Both the position numbers and the translations under genes were made by a program. From Candidatus Kaiserbacteria bacterium (GTDB lineage: Bacteria; Patescibacteriota; Minisyncoccia; Phycocordibacterales; UBA2100), in NCBI GenBank assembly GCA_016214605.1, contig JACROD010000014.1:107074-158570 (forward strand): DNA of 51,497 nucleotides, given 5' to 3'. Below, piece after piece: positions 5,792 through 15,845 of the stretch (the first letter of the stretch is position 1; each line of letters starts with the position of its first letter). The notes under the pieces are model-generated. The model ran no database searches. It was not told the DNA's origin and saw only the letters and a list, made by a program, of their open reading frames with translations.

Positions 5792-8725
5792 ATGGACGAT
5801 AAAAAAAGGGAGGTCAGCGAGGTCGCCAAACGCGAGGAGGATATTCTCGCGTTTTGGAATAAGAATGAGATCTTCCGGAAGACCGTCGATCGAGAGCCTG
5901 CCAAAGGCGACTTCGTCTTTTATGACGGTCCTCCGTTTGCGACCGGACTCCCACACTACGGGCATCTCTTGCAGAGCTTCGTCAAAGATGCGATTCCTCG
6001 CTACAAGACCATGCAGGGTTACCGCGTGGAGCGCCGGTGGGGATGGGATTGTCACGGCCTCCCGATTGAGAATATCGTCGAGAAAGAGCTCGGCACCAAA
6101 TCCAAGAAAGACATCGTGCAGATGGGGGTGAAGAAGTTCAATGACCTTTGTCGCGAGCGTATCTTCACCTTTATTGGCGAGTGGGAGCGGATCATCCCGC
6201 GCATCGGACGATTTGTCGACATGAAGCATGCATATCGTACAATGGACTTTTCCTACATGGAGAGCGAGTGGTGGGCCTTCAAGACGCTCTACGAGAAGGG
6301 TCTCATTTACGAGGACTATCGTTCCATGCACATCTGTCCGCGCTGCGAGACGACACTCTCCCAAGGCGAGGTTGCGGAAGGATACAAAGATGTCAAAGAC
6401 ATTTCAGTGACGGTCAAGTTCGAGCTCGTGAATGAGCCGGGCACGTATTTGCTTGCATGGACGACGACTCCATGGACGCTTCCCGGCAATGTCGCGATCG
6501 CTGTCGGCGCAGATATCACGTATATCAAAATCGAAGACACATGGAATGAAGATATTGGCGACAGTTCATACATGAAGACCGGCGTATACATTCTTTCCAA
6601 GCAGTCATACGAGCACTACAAGCAAGAATTTAAAAACCCAAAGATCGTGGGAGAAATGAAGGGGTCGGACCTGGTCGGCACGACATACAAGCCGCCATTT
6701 AGCTATTATATCGACGATGAGCATCTCAAGAATCGCGAGAATGGCTGGAAGGTCTACGCTGCGGATTTTGTCACGGAGGGGAGCGGCACCGGCATCGCGC
6801 ATGAAGCGCCGACCTTTGGCGCCGATGACTGGGCGCTCTTAAAGAAGTACGATCTTCCGTTCGTCCAACATGTAGGGATGGACGGCCGTATGAAGCCCGA
6901 GGTCATTGATCTTGCCGGCATGGAAGTGAAGCCGCGATCCGACGACGACAAGACGCGTCTCGGTACCGATATTGTCGTTCTCAAATATCTGCAGGATCAC
7001 CACCTCTTTTTCTCCAAAGAGAACATCACCCATGCGTACCCGCACTGCTGGCGCTGTGATACGCCGCTTCTCAACTACGCGATGTCTTCCTGGTTTGTCG
7101 CCGTGGAAAAAATGAAACCGACGCTACTCGAGACGGCACAGAGTATCAACTGGTCACCAGAACACATCAAGGAGGGGAGGTTTGGCAAGTGGCTTGAGGG
7201 TGCGCGCGACTGGTCTATCAGTCGCCAGCGCTTCTGGGCCAACACAATCCCCGTATGGCGCTGCGAAGCTTGTAAGAAAGATCAGGTCTTCGGTAGCGCA
7301 GCAGAGCTTGCGCAGGTAAGTAACGTAACCGTGACCGACCTTCACAAAGATGTAGTGGACAAAGTGAAGGTGTCATGCGCGTGCGGCGGTACGGCTGCTC
7401 GCGTGCCCGATGTGCTTGATACGTGGTTTGATTCCGGTTCGGTGCCGTTTTCCTCCGAGCATTATCCGTTTGAGAATGAGCAGCGGTATGAAGCGCGCGA
7501 GACCGCCGACTTCATCGGCGAGGCGCAGGATCAGACGCGCGCGTGGTTTTACTACTTGCACGTGCTTTCGGGCGGCCTTTTTGGCAAGGCTGCGTTCAAG
7601 AACTGCATCGTGACGGGGCTCGTCATGGCACAAGACGGCAAGAAGATGTCCAAGAAGCTTCAGAATTATCCCGATCCGATGGAGATCGTGGACAAATATG
7701 GTGCCGACGCGCTGCGACTCTACATCCTCTCGGCACCGATCGTACAAGCGGAAAATCTCAACTTCTCCGAGCGCGGCGTCGACGAAGTGCAGAAGAAAAA
7801 CATCAATCGTTTGCACAACGTCCTTGCGTTTTACCAGCTCTATGCGGATGGCACACCGCGCGATTTCAAGAGCGAAAATATTCTGGATCGTTGGATCGTG
7901 GCGCGCCTCGCGGCGTTGATCGCCGAATCGACGGACGGATTCGAAGCGTATGAGCTGGATGTCGCGCTGCGGCCGTTCGCGCTCTTCATCGACGATCTGT
8001 CGGTATGGTACCTGCGGCGTTCGCGCGAACGCTTCAAGGAAGACGACGATGATAAAAAAGCGGCGCTTGCGACATTGCGGTATGTCCTCCATACTCTTGC
8101 GCGCGTGTTGGCGCCGACGATGCCTTTTTATGCGGAGTATCTTTTCCAGGCAGTGCGCGAAGAGGAGGACGAAGAAAGCGTGCACCTGAGCGCGTGGCCC
8201 GCGATCCCGCCGCTTTCGTTTGACCCGACCGAAGTGCTCGCGACGATGCTCTTCGCGAGAAGCTTCGTTACTATGGCTCTGATGCAGCGGTCTGAGGCCG
8301 GTATCAAGGTCCGGCAGCCGCTCGCCAAACTCACCATCAAGCATCGTGGTCCCGAGGTCCCCTTTTGGAAGGAGGTAGTGCCGATCATCGCCGATGAGGT
8401 CAATGTCAAAGAGGTCGTGTTGGATGCCGATGCCGGCCAAGATACTCCCGGCATTTCACTCGATACGCATCTTACGCTGGAGCTGATAGAGGAGGGCCTG
8501 ATGCGCGAAATGATGCGTTTTGTACAGGGACAGCGCAAAGATATGAAGCTGGTGCCGTCCGACAAGATCCGCCTGACCGTCCTTGAAAGCGAAGCAGTGC
8601 GCCGCCACGAAGCAGAGATCGGCAAGACCCTCAACGCATCCGAGATCGTCTATGCACTCGAGTGGCAGGGGGTGCCGCTCAAGCTTACTGAAGGCGATAT
8701 CGTCGTCGGGATCGAAAAGATCTGA
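5792..8725 (+). CDS. ileS: Isoleucine--tRNA ligase
   Basis: PPFATGLPHYGHLL (HIGH), GWDCHGLPIE, WTTTPWTLPGN, KMSKKLQNY (KMSKS). 977 aa. An extended -10 (tgctacatt) lies 7 nt before the ATG. Confidence 0.93.
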   Translation: MDDKKREVSEVAKREEDILAFWNKNEIFRKTVDREPAKGDFVFYDGPPFATGLPHYGHLLQSFVKDAIPRYKTMQGYRVERRWGWDCHGLPIENIVEKELGTKSKKDIVQMGVKKFNDLCRERIFTFIGEWERIIPRIGRFVDMKHAYRTMDFSYMESEWWAFKTLYEKGLIYEDYRSMHICPRCETTLSQGEVAEGYKDVKDISVTVKFELVNEPGTYLLAWTTTPWTLPGNVAIAVGADITYIKIEDTWNEDIGDSSYMKTGVYILSKQSYEHYKQEFKNPKIVGEMKGSDLVGTTYKPPFSYYIDDEHLKNRENGWKVYAADFVTEGSGTGIAHEAPTFGADDWALLKKYDLPFVQHVGMDGRMKPEVIDLAGMEVKPRSDDDKTRLGTDIVVLKYLQDHHLFFSKENITHAYPHCWRCDTPLLNYAMSSWFVAVEKMKPTLLETAQSINWSPEHIKEGRFGKWLEGARDWSISRQRFWANTIPVWRCEACKKDQVFGSAAELAQVSNVTVTDLHKDVVDKVKVSCACGGTAARVPDVLDTWFDSGSVPFSSEHYPFENEQRYEARETADFIGEAQDQTRAWFYYLHVLSGGLFGKAAFKNCIVTGLVMAQDGKKMSKKLQNYPDPMEIVDKYGADALRLYILSAPIVQAENLNFSERGVDEVQKKNINRLHNVLAFYQLYADGTPRDFKSENILDRWIVARLAALIAESTDGFEAYELDVALRPFALFIDDLSVWYLRRSRERFKEDDDDKKAALATLRYVLHTLARVLAPTMPFYAEYLFQAVREEEDEESVHLSAWPAIPPLSFDPTEVLATMLFARSFVTMALMQRSEAGIKVRQPLAKLTIKHRGPEVPFWKEVVPIIADEVNVKEVVLDADAGQDTPGISLDTHLTLELIEEGLMREMMRFVQGQRKDMKLVPSDKIRLTVLESEAVRRHEAEIGKTLNASEIVYALEWQGVPLKLTEGDIVVGIEKI

Positions 8726-8732
8726 TCAATCC

Positions 8733-9323
8733 ATGTACCAAAAATATCAGACGGAGGCGCTCGTGTTGCAGAGCCGCCCCATGGGGGAGGCAGACAGGAT
8801 GTATGTGCTCTATACGCGTGATTTCGGACTCATACGGGCGCGCGCCTCGGGCGCGCGCAAAGAGACTTCCAAGATGCGCTATGCGCTGCAGCACTATAGC
8901 CGTGCAACGGTCGGTCTTATACGTGGGGTGCGCGGATGGCGGCTTGCGGGTGCAATCGCGCTGGAGACATCGGCGCGCAAAGACACGGACTCCGTCCGTG
9001 TCTTTGCGCGCCTGAGCGACTTGGTCGCCAAACTCGTCATCGGCGAAGAAGAAAATCCTTACCTATATGAAGCTCTTTCACAGACATATGAAGCCCTTAT
9101 AGGGGGATGGGAAGGTCAGACCTTCCCGTCCCCGGCGGCCACGATCGAGATCGTAGCGGTGGCCCGCATTCTCTATGCGCTCGGATATATATCATCGGAA
9201 GCGCTCAAGACCGCACTCTTTACCCATACGGCGTATGCGCTCGAGCACCTGATTGAAGCCGAGTCGATCCGCGAGGATCTCTTACTATCTATCAATCGCG
9301 CACTGTCCGAAACACACCTCTAG
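8733..9323 (+). CDS. recO: DNA repair protein RecO
   Basis: MYQKYQTEALVLQSRPMGEADRMYVLYTRDFGLIRARASGARK... is a typical RecO OB-fold N-terminus. Start is trimmed to the first ATG after the ileS stop. Confidence 0.8.
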   Translation: MYQKYQTEALVLQSRPMGEADRMYVLYTRDFGLIRARASGARKETSKMRYALQHYSRATVGLIRGVRGWRLAGAIALETSARKDTDSVRVFARLSDLVAKLVIGEEENPYLYEALSQTYEALIGGWEGQTFPSPAATIEIVAVARILYALGYISSEALKTALFTHTAYALEHLIEAESIREDLLLSINRALSETHL

Positions 9324-9348
9324 ACATTCGCGTGGTATTATTTTCCGT

Positions 9349-11358
9349 ATGGATCCTTCCGAGACACCGGAGCCGATGGAGACCAATCATGAGAAAGGCA
9401 AGGTCGAGCGTCTACGGCGTGCGATGTATTCGCGCGTGCTCGCCGACAAGCTCAAGGACAAAGAGCGTCGTGGGCTCGAGGAACATCCCGAATTGGTCGG
9501 GGAAGACTGGATGCATCCTGATGAGGGAGTATCGGGGACCATCATCGCGCCACGCGGCCTCACCGTCATGCGCTCCATTTTGCAGTGGTTGCTTGTAGCA
9601 GCCGCAGTTTTCTTCGTCGGTTCGATACTTTTCTTCGCGTACTACTTTACGTTCGGTTCGGGCAGCTTGTCAGCATCGGCCAACAACATAGATCTGATCG
9701 TGTCCGGACCTCCACAAGTCGCCGGCGGCGAGCCGACCGAGATCCAAGTTTCCATCACTAATCGTAATCGCGTACCGCTCGAACTCTCACAGCTGGTCGT
9801 GACTTATCCCGACGGCACGCGCTCGGTCAACGATCTCCTCACTCCATTGCCGTCTATACGTCAGGATTTGCAGACCATTCAGCCGGGAGAGACCAAACAA
9901 GGAGTGCTCAATGCTATCTTCTCCGGACAGGCAGGCGAACATAAAGACGTGAAAGTCGAACTTGAATACAGACTGAGCGGATCAAACGCCATCTTCGTGG
10001 CTTCAAGGGATTATAGTCTTTTGTTTGGAACCTCACCCCTGACAATCGCCGTCGACGGCAATACGTCGGCGATTTCTGGCCAACCGGTATCCATGACCGT
10101 CTCCGTTTCGTCCAACTCGAACACAACTGTGCGAGATGTGATCTTGCACGCCGACTTTCCGTTCGGGTTTTCTTTTACCGACGCGTCTCCGCATGCGTCC
10201 GATGCAGGTGTGTGGAATTTGGGCGACATCGGTCCGGGCCAGAAGAAAGAGGTCGTGATCGACGGTACGCTTCTCGGTGAGATGGGGGATGACAAAGTGT
10301 TTGACTTTACCGCCGGTGGTCGCACGAATGCGTCGAGCACCTCTATCAGTACTCAATTCGCTGAAAACCCTTTCAGTATCAACGTCGCAGAGCCATTTCT
10401 CGGATTGTCCATGAGTGTCAACCGATCGACAGGTTCTAATGTTGTCTTGGCGCCGGGAGATCTCGTGCAGGTCATTTTGAACTATGTGAACAATCTTCCG
10501 ACACAGATCACCGACGCGGTCATCGTTGCGCGTCTCTCCGGAGTTGCGGTTGACGGTGCGACGGTTCAGTCATCCGACGGATTCTACCGATCGACGGACA
10601 ATATCATGCTTTGGGACAAGATCACGACCGAAGGAAGGTTGGGTGTAATATCGGCAGGTCAAAAAGGGAGTGTCACGTTCTCTTTCAAGGTTCCCGACGC
10701 AGCGACGATAAACAACATCTCAAGTCCATATATAGATATCAGCGTGAATGCGAAAGGGAATCGCATCTCGGAGGTTGGGGCGCCGCAAAATCTGCAGTCG
10801 GCAACGGTCGAACATATCGCGCTTGCGAGCGATCTTCAGCTTTCGGCTCAAGGTCTCTACTTCCAAAATCCGTTCGGTTCCACCGGATCCTTGCCTCCAC
10901 AGGCCGGCAAGGAGACCAACTATGCGATCGTTTTCACAATCAAAAATACGACCAACAAGATCATCGGAGCTAAGGTGACAGCCGTCATTCCTCCGTATGT
11001 GCGCTGGCTCGGGAGCCACGCCCCGGCGTCTGAGAATCTTACCTTCAACCAAAATTCGAGCACCTTCACATGGGATGTGGGGGACATCGAGCCGGGGGTC
11101 GGGATGGGTGATACGCCGCCGCGGCAACTTGCGGTCTCGATCGGATTCGACCCCTCGACGAGCCAGGTCGGCCAGCAGCCGGTTTTGATCCAAGGCATTA
11201 CACTTATCGGTACTGATGATTCGACCAAAGCGAAGATTACGCGTACGACTCGTCCTGACGTGACCACGGACCTTATCCATGTATCGAAGTCTTCAGGTGA
11301 TGTCGTAGTGGGCACCGATAAGGGGTTTAATCCTGATCAGGCGACGGTGGTGCGATAG
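9349..11358 (+). CDS. Hypothetical large extracytoplasmic protein with one N-terminal TM anchor (669 aa)
   Basis: TM segment ILQWLLVAAAVFFVGSILFFAYYF followed by repeated beta-rich segments. Start trimmed to ATG 9349 (MDPSETPEP...). Confidence 0.65.
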   Translation: MDPSETPEPMETNHEKGKVERLRRAMYSRVLADKLKDKERRGLEEHPELVGEDWMHPDEGVSGTIIAPRGLTVMRSILQWLLVAAAVFFVGSILFFAYYFTFGSGSLSASANNIDLIVSGPPQVAGGEPTEIQVSITNRNRVPLELSQLVVTYPDGTRSVNDLLTPLPSIRQDLQTIQPGETKQGVLNAIFSGQAGEHKDVKVELEYRLSGSNAIFVASRDYSLLFGTSPLTIAVDGNTSAISGQPVSMTVSVSSNSNTTVRDVILHADFPFGFSFTDASPHASDAGVWNLGDIGPGQKKEVVIDGTLLGEMGDDKVFDFTAGGRTNASSTSISTQFAENPFSINVAEPFLGLSMSVNRSTGSNVVLAPGDLVQVILNYVNNLPTQITDAVIVARLSGVAVDGATVQSSDGFYRSTDNIMLWDKITTEGRLGVISAGQKGSVTFSFKVPDAATINNISSPYIDISVNAKGNRISEVGAPQNLQSATVEHIALASDLQLSAQGLYFQNPFGSTGSLPPQAGKETNYAIVFTIKNTTNKIIGAKVTAVIPPYVRWLGSHAPASENLTFNQNSSTFTWDVGDIEPGVGMGDTPPRQLAVSIGFDPSTSQVGQQPVLIQGITLIGTDDSTKAKITRTTRPDVTTDLIHVSKSSGDVVVGTDKGFNPDQATVVR

Positions 11359-11368
11359 AGCTGCTTTC

Positions 11369-11404
11369 GCCGGCAAAAACGGCCCCGGGGCCGTTTTTGC
11401 CGGC
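11369..11404. terminator. Perfect 36-nt palindrome / hairpin after the 9349-11358 gene
   Basis: gccggcaaaaacggcccc|ggggccgtttttgccggc. Confidence 0.5.
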
Positions 11405-11431
11405 GAGCATTTTCGAGGTACACTCTACACC

Positions 11432-12817
11432 ATGACAGAAGTAACCATGGAAAAGATCATCTCCCTCTGCAAGCGCCGCGGGTTTATATTCCAGGGGTCC
11501 GAGATCTACGGCGGCCTTGCCGGCATCTACGACTTCGGGCCGCGTGGCGTCGAGTTGCTCAACAACCTGAAGCGCGAGTGGTGGAAAGCCAACGTATACG
11601 ACCAAGAAAACGCATACGGCTTGGATACCGGGATGTTCAAACACCCACGTACATGGGAAGCAAGCGGACACATAGGTGGATTTTCGGACCCGCTCGCTGA
11701 ATGCCGCAATTGCAATACGCGCATTCGTGTCGACAAAGCTCTGGCGGAGATTGGTGTTAATGCCGACGAGAAAATGTTTGAAGAAGATATAAATACATTG
11801 TTCGATCAGAATCGCGACAAAATAAAATGTCCTACTTGCGGCAAAAAGGATTTTTCACCTGTCCGTAAATTCAATTTGCTCGTCAAGTCGAATCTCGGTG
11901 ATTTTACCGGGGAAAACATCGAGCCAGTGTACCTGCCGGGCGAAGCGTGTCAGGGCATCTACCTTGATTACAAGAACATCGTCGATTCGATGAATCCGAA
12001 AATCCCATTCAGTGTTGTGCAGATAGGGAAGGCATTCCGCAATGAAATCTCGCCGCGCAACTTTCTTTTCCGAACGCGAGAGCTCGAACAGGCAGATACA
12101 CAGACATTCGTTCGTCCGCATGAAAACAAGGAGATGTATGAGGCGATTAAGCAAAATCGGTGGAATTGGTATCTTTCCCTCGGTATTCGCGAAAAAAATC
12201 TCCGTTGGAAACAGCACGAACGCCTTGTATTTTATGCTGCTGATGCGTGGGATATCGAGTACAATTTTCCAGCCCTTGGTTTTGATGAAATGGAGGGTGT
12301 TCACGATCGCACCGATTATGATCTGACGCAACATCAAAAGTTTTCGGGTGTCGATCTGCGCTATATCGATCAGGAAACGGGAGAGAAATACATTCCGTGG
12401 ATATTAGAAACATCAGTCGGTATGGGCCGCATGTTTATGGCTTTTATGTCAGATGCATATCGTGAGGATAATTTGGGTGGTGAGATGCGTGTTTATTTGG
12501 CACTGCATCCGGCACTTGCCCCCGTCAAGGCAGCCGTCTTTCCGCTCCTCAAGAACAAGCCCGAGCTGGTGGAGAAGGCGCGCGAAGTATATCTGATGCT
12601 CAAAAAGACCACGCCGCAGATCATGTGGGACGACAACGGCAATATAGGCAAGCGCTATCGCCGTCAAGACGAGATCGGCACCCCGGTCTGCATCACGATC
12701 GACTTCGACACCTTGGGCGAGAATCCCGACCTCAAAGATACCGTCACCGTCCGCGACCGCGATACAGGCGAGCAGAAGCGCGTGACGATCAGTGAACTTC
12801 CAATGATGTTGGGGTAG
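11432..12817 (+). CDS. glyQS: Glycine--tRNA ligase (dimeric class II type)
   Basis: IISLCKRRGFIFQGSEIYGGLAGIYDFGPRGVELLNNLKREWW is the characteristic GlyRS N-terminus. tacact -10 box lies 7 nt before the ATG. Confidence 0.92.
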   Translation: MTEVTMEKIISLCKRRGFIFQGSEIYGGLAGIYDFGPRGVELLNNLKREWWKANVYDQENAYGLDTGMFKHPRTWEASGHIGGFSDPLAECRNCNTRIRVDKALAEIGVNADEKMFEEDINTLFDQNRDKIKCPTCGKKDFSPVRKFNLLVKSNLGDFTGENIEPVYLPGEACQGIYLDYKNIVDSMNPKIPFSVVQIGKAFRNEISPRNFLFRTRELEQADTQTFVRPHENKEMYEAIKQNRWNWYLSLGIREKNLRWKQHERLVFYAADAWDIEYNFPALGFDEMEGVHDRTDYDLTQHQKFSGVDLRYIDQETGEKYIPWILETSVGMGRMFMAFMSDAYREDNLGGEMRVYLALHPALAPVKAAVFPLLKNKPELVEKAREVYLMLKKTTPQIMWDDNGNIGKRYRRQDEIGTPVCITIDFDTLGENPDLKDTVTVRDRDTGEQKRVTISELPMMLG

Positions 12818-12859
12818 GGTTTTGGTCTCAAAAGCGTTGGTGTGCTACGATTCGGCTAT

Positions 12860-13927
12860 ATGAAGGCCGACCAGCATACCACCATTTCCATCACCACCGG
12901 CACCGTCTTGAAGACGCTCCTTTTGATCATTCTCGTGGCACTTCTTTTTTTCTTGCGCGATATCGTGCTCGATGTGCTCGTGGCTATCGTCATATCCTCA
13001 GCGATCGAACCGCCAGTCAAGACCCTCCGCAGGGCGGGGATTCCGCGCGTGTTGAGCATCGCCCTGATGTACGTGGCTCTGCTCGTCGGGTTTTTTGCGA
13101 TCTTCTATTTCTTCTTACCACTCCTTTTCGAGGATATAGCGGCGTTCGTATCCGCCATTCCGAGCTATCTTGAGGCGATCAACAGCAGCGGCGTACTCGA
13201 TCACTACACCGAGATATTCGGCATATCCACGGTGCCCATTACATCGACGGCAGGAGTGTTTGAGAGCTTCCAATCTTTCATGAGCACTACATTTCTTGGC
13301 CAGTCTTTCAGCAGTGTCGGGGGCATATTCAGCGGCGTGTTCTCGTTTGTGATCATCTTTGTGTTTTCATTCTATTTTGCGGTGATCGAGACAGGGGTCG
13401 ACGATTTCCTCGAGATCATTATGCCCAAGGCGTACAAGCGTTACGCGCTCGGTCTCTGGAAGCGCGTACAGCACAAGATCGGCCTTTGGATGCAGGGCCA
13501 GATTTTGCTCGCACTCATCATGGGTGTGCTCGTCTTCCTCGGCCTCACTATCCTCGGCGTTCCCAATGCGTTTCTGCTCGCCGTCCTGGCCGCTGTCTTT
13601 GAGATCATTCCGGTCTTTGGGCCGGCGCTGGCGGCCTTGCCTGCGATTGCGATCGCATTCACCGCCGGCGGCCTCACACTCGGGCTCCTCACGATCGCGC
13701 TCTATGTAATCGCCCAACAATTCGAGAATCACCTGATCTATCCGCTCGTGGTGACGCGGGTGGTGGGTGTGCCGCCCTTGCTGGTGATCCTGGCGCTGAT
13801 CATCGGCGCACAGCTCGCCGGCTTCCTCGGCATAATCCTTTCGGTGCCGATCGCGGCGTCGATCCAGGAGTTTATCCGCGACCTCAAGGCGAATCGCATA
13901 CGCGCCGAATACATGGCGGATGCATAA
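12860..13927 (+). CDS. AI-2E family (PerM-like) transporter
   Basis: Multi-TM protein with the ...QQFENHLIYPLVVTRVVGVPPLLVILALIIG... signature. The ORF opens at GTG 12842. ATG 12860 is preferred because an extended -10 (tgctacgat) lies 8 nt upstream. Confidence 0.8.
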   Translation: MKADQHTTISITTGTVLKTLLLIILVALLFFLRDIVLDVLVAIVISSAIEPPVKTLRRAGIPRVLSIALMYVALLVGFFAIFYFFLPLLFEDIAAFVSAIPSYLEAINSSGVLDHYTEIFGISTVPITSTAGVFESFQSFMSTTFLGQSFSSVGGIFSGVFSFVIIFVFSFYFAVIETGVDDFLEIIMPKAYKRYALGLWKRVQHKIGLWMQGQILLALIMGVLVFLGLTILGVPNAFLLAVLAAVFEIIPVFGPALAALPAIAIAFTAGGLTLGLLTIALYVIAQQFENHLIYPLVVTRVVGVPPLLVILALIIGAQLAGFLGIILSVPIAASIQEFIRDLKANRIRAEYMADA

Positions 13928-13936
13928 GAAGCACAT

Positions 13937-15400
13937 ATGGACAAAAAAGCTTTTTATCTGACGACGACCTTGCCGTATGTAAATGATAAGCCACACATCG
14001 GCTTCGCACTTGAGATCGTGCAAGCCGATATATTGGCCCGCTATTGGCGCTCGCTGGGCAAAGATGTTTTTTTTACGACCGGCACCGACGAGCATGGTCA
14101 AAAGATCTTCCAAAAAGCCAAAGAGACCGGCACGGACGTGCAGGAGTATGTCGATCGGTATGCCGCCGAATTCGGCAAGCTCCGTGATGCGCTCGACCTC
14201 TCGTATGACGCATTCATCCGCACGACCGATGAAAAACATGTACGAGCTGCTCAGGAGCTTTGGAAACGCTGCGAGGCAGCGGGGGACATCTACAAGAAAA
14301 GCTACAAAGGCCTCTATTGTGTCGGTGATGAGGCGTATGTAAAAGAAGGGGACCTGGTCAATGGTCGCTGTCCCAATCATCCCAACCAAGACCCGATCGA
14401 GATCGAGGAAGAGAATTATTTTTTTCGTCTGAGCCACTATCAAGATCGATTGCTTGAATATCTCTCGAGTGCTGATGTCATCGTGCCTGCGTGGCGCCGC
14501 GAAGAGGCGATCAGTTTCGTGCAGCAAGGACTCGAAGATTTTAGTATTTCGCGCGAGACGGCGCGCATGAGCTGGGGGATCCCGGTGCCAGGCGATGAGG
14601 CACAGGTCATGTACGTGTGGTTTGATGCGCTCACCAACTATATCTCCACGCTCGATTGGCCCTCCTCCGCTAAAGCTACGGAGGGCAAGCCCGACTTGTT
14701 CGAGAAATATTGGGTGAATGGGGTCACGTACCAAATGGCAGGTAAGGATCAGGTGCGCTTCCAGTCGATCATGTGGCAGGCGATGCTGATGTCGGCCGGT
14801 ATCCCGACCACACAGCATGTGCTCTATCACGGCTTCATCACAAGTGGCGGCCAAAAGATGTCCAAGTCAATCGGCAATGTCATCGAGCCGTATGCGCTCG
14901 TCGAAGAATACGGCACCGATGCGGTCCGCTACTTCCTCGCGCGACACATCCACCCATTCGAGGATTCGGACTTCACCATGGAGCGATTCAAGGATCTGTA
15001 CAATGCCGACCTCGCCAATGGTCTCGGTAATCAAGCCGCGCGTATCATGAAGCTCGCGCAGGACAATCTCGACGGTCCGGTCGAGCTATCGGCAGAATCA
15101 CTGCAACTACAGAAGCCTTTTTGCGACCTGCTTGATCAGTATGATTTTGCCGCCGCGACCGGCCTTATCTGGGAACACATCACCAAGGCCGACGGATACA
15201 TCCAAGAGAAAAAGCCGTTTTCACTGGTCAAATCCGACGAGACCCGCGAAGAGGGCAAGCAGATCATCGCGCGATTGGTCAATCACCTCGCCATGATCGC
15301 CACACATCTCGCCCCCATCATGCCCGAGACCGCCACGAAGATTATGATTGTCGTGCGCGAAAACAAAAAACCAGAGAATCTTTTTGCGAGAAAAGAATAA
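13937..15400 (+). CDS. metG: Methionine--tRNA ligase (short form)
   Basis: LTTTLPYVNDKPHIGFALE (HIGH region) and KMSKSIGNV (KMSKS). 487 aa. Confidence 0.92.
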   Translation: MDKKAFYLTTTLPYVNDKPHIGFALEIVQADILARYWRSLGKDVFFTTGTDEHGQKIFQKAKETGTDVQEYVDRYAAEFGKLRDALDLSYDAFIRTTDEKHVRAAQELWKRCEAAGDIYKKSYKGLYCVGDEAYVKEGDLVNGRCPNHPNQDPIEIEEENYFFRLSHYQDRLLEYLSSADVIVPAWRREEAISFVQQGLEDFSISRETARMSWGIPVPGDEAQVMYVWFDALTNYISTLDWPSSAKATEGKPDLFEKYWVNGVTYQMAGKDQVRFQSIMWQAMLMSAGIPTTQHVLYHGFITSGGQKMSKSIGNVIEPYALVEEYGTDAVRYFLARHIHPFEDSDFTMERFKDLYNADLANGLGNQAARIMKLAQDNLDGPVELSAESLQLQKPFCDLLDQYDFAAATGLIWEHITKADGYIQEKKPFSLVKSDETREEGKQIIARLVNHLAMIATHLAPIMPETATKIMIVVRENKKPENLFARKE

Positions 15401-15406
15401 TGTGGT

Positions 15407-15649
15407 ATGATAAACATTATGAAAAAGGAACGAGAATATACGGCGGTTATAAAGAAAGAGGGTTCATGGTATGTCGCATGGCTTGAGGAGGTGCCGGGCG
15501 TCAACACGCAGGGACGTACACTCAAAGAAGTGCGCGAAAATTTAAGGGAAGCGGCGGCACTCGTCTTTGAGGTTAATCGGGAACTCTCTATGACGCACGG
15601 TCGTGGTTTCAGACATGAGCCGTTTCGTTTCTCTCCGGTGACGGCATGA
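15407..15649 (+). CDS. hicB: HicB-family antitoxin
   Basis: EYTAVIKKEGSWYVAWLEEVPGVNTQGRTLKEVRENLREA matches the HicB/UPF0150 fold signature. 4-nt ATGA overlap with hicA. Confidence 0.75.
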   Translation: MINIMKKEREYTAVIKKEGSWYVAWLEEVPGVNTQGRTLKEVRENLREAAALVFEVNRELSMTHGRGFRHEPFRFSPVTA

Positions 15650-15843
15650 AGCGGGCAAAATTGGTCGCTTATCTCGAAGAACACGGGTGTCTGCTTTATC
15701 GCGAGGGTGCGAGGCACTCGGTGTTTGTAAACATGATTTTGCGACGCACCTCGGCAGTGCCGCGACATCGCGAGATCAAAGATATGCTTGCGTACGAGAT
15801 TTGCAAAGACCTCGGGATCCCGAAAATTAAACGAGGTAAGTAA
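15646..15843 (+). CDS. hicA: HicA-family mRNA interferase toxin
   Basis: KLVAYLEEHGCLLYREGARHSVFVN...VPRHREIKDMLAYEICKDLGI matches the HicA/YcfA pattern. Confidence 0.8.
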   Translation: MKRAKLVAYLEEHGCLLYREGARHSVFVNMILRRTSAVPRHREIKDMLAYEICKDLGIPKIKRGK

Positions 15844-15845
15844 CT

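Noticed and set aside
7373-8440. A 355-aa ORF on the minus strand inside ileS.
   Set aside because: It is antisense to a well-supported ileS with all class I motifs. Its translation is Arg-rich and low in complexity, which is typical of a shadow ORF in a GC-rich frame.
8583-9348. Long N-terminal extensions of the recO (from 8583) and 9253-11358 ORFs.
   Set aside because: The extensions overlap the preceding genes and are Arg/Ser-rich. Internal ATGs immediately after the upstream stops give canonical N-termini.
13367-14854. A 495-aa ORF on the minus strand spanning the perM-like and metG genes.
   Set aside because: It is antisense to two confidently identified genes and crosses their intergenic gap. 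Composition is biased toward Arg/His/Asp and there are no motifs.
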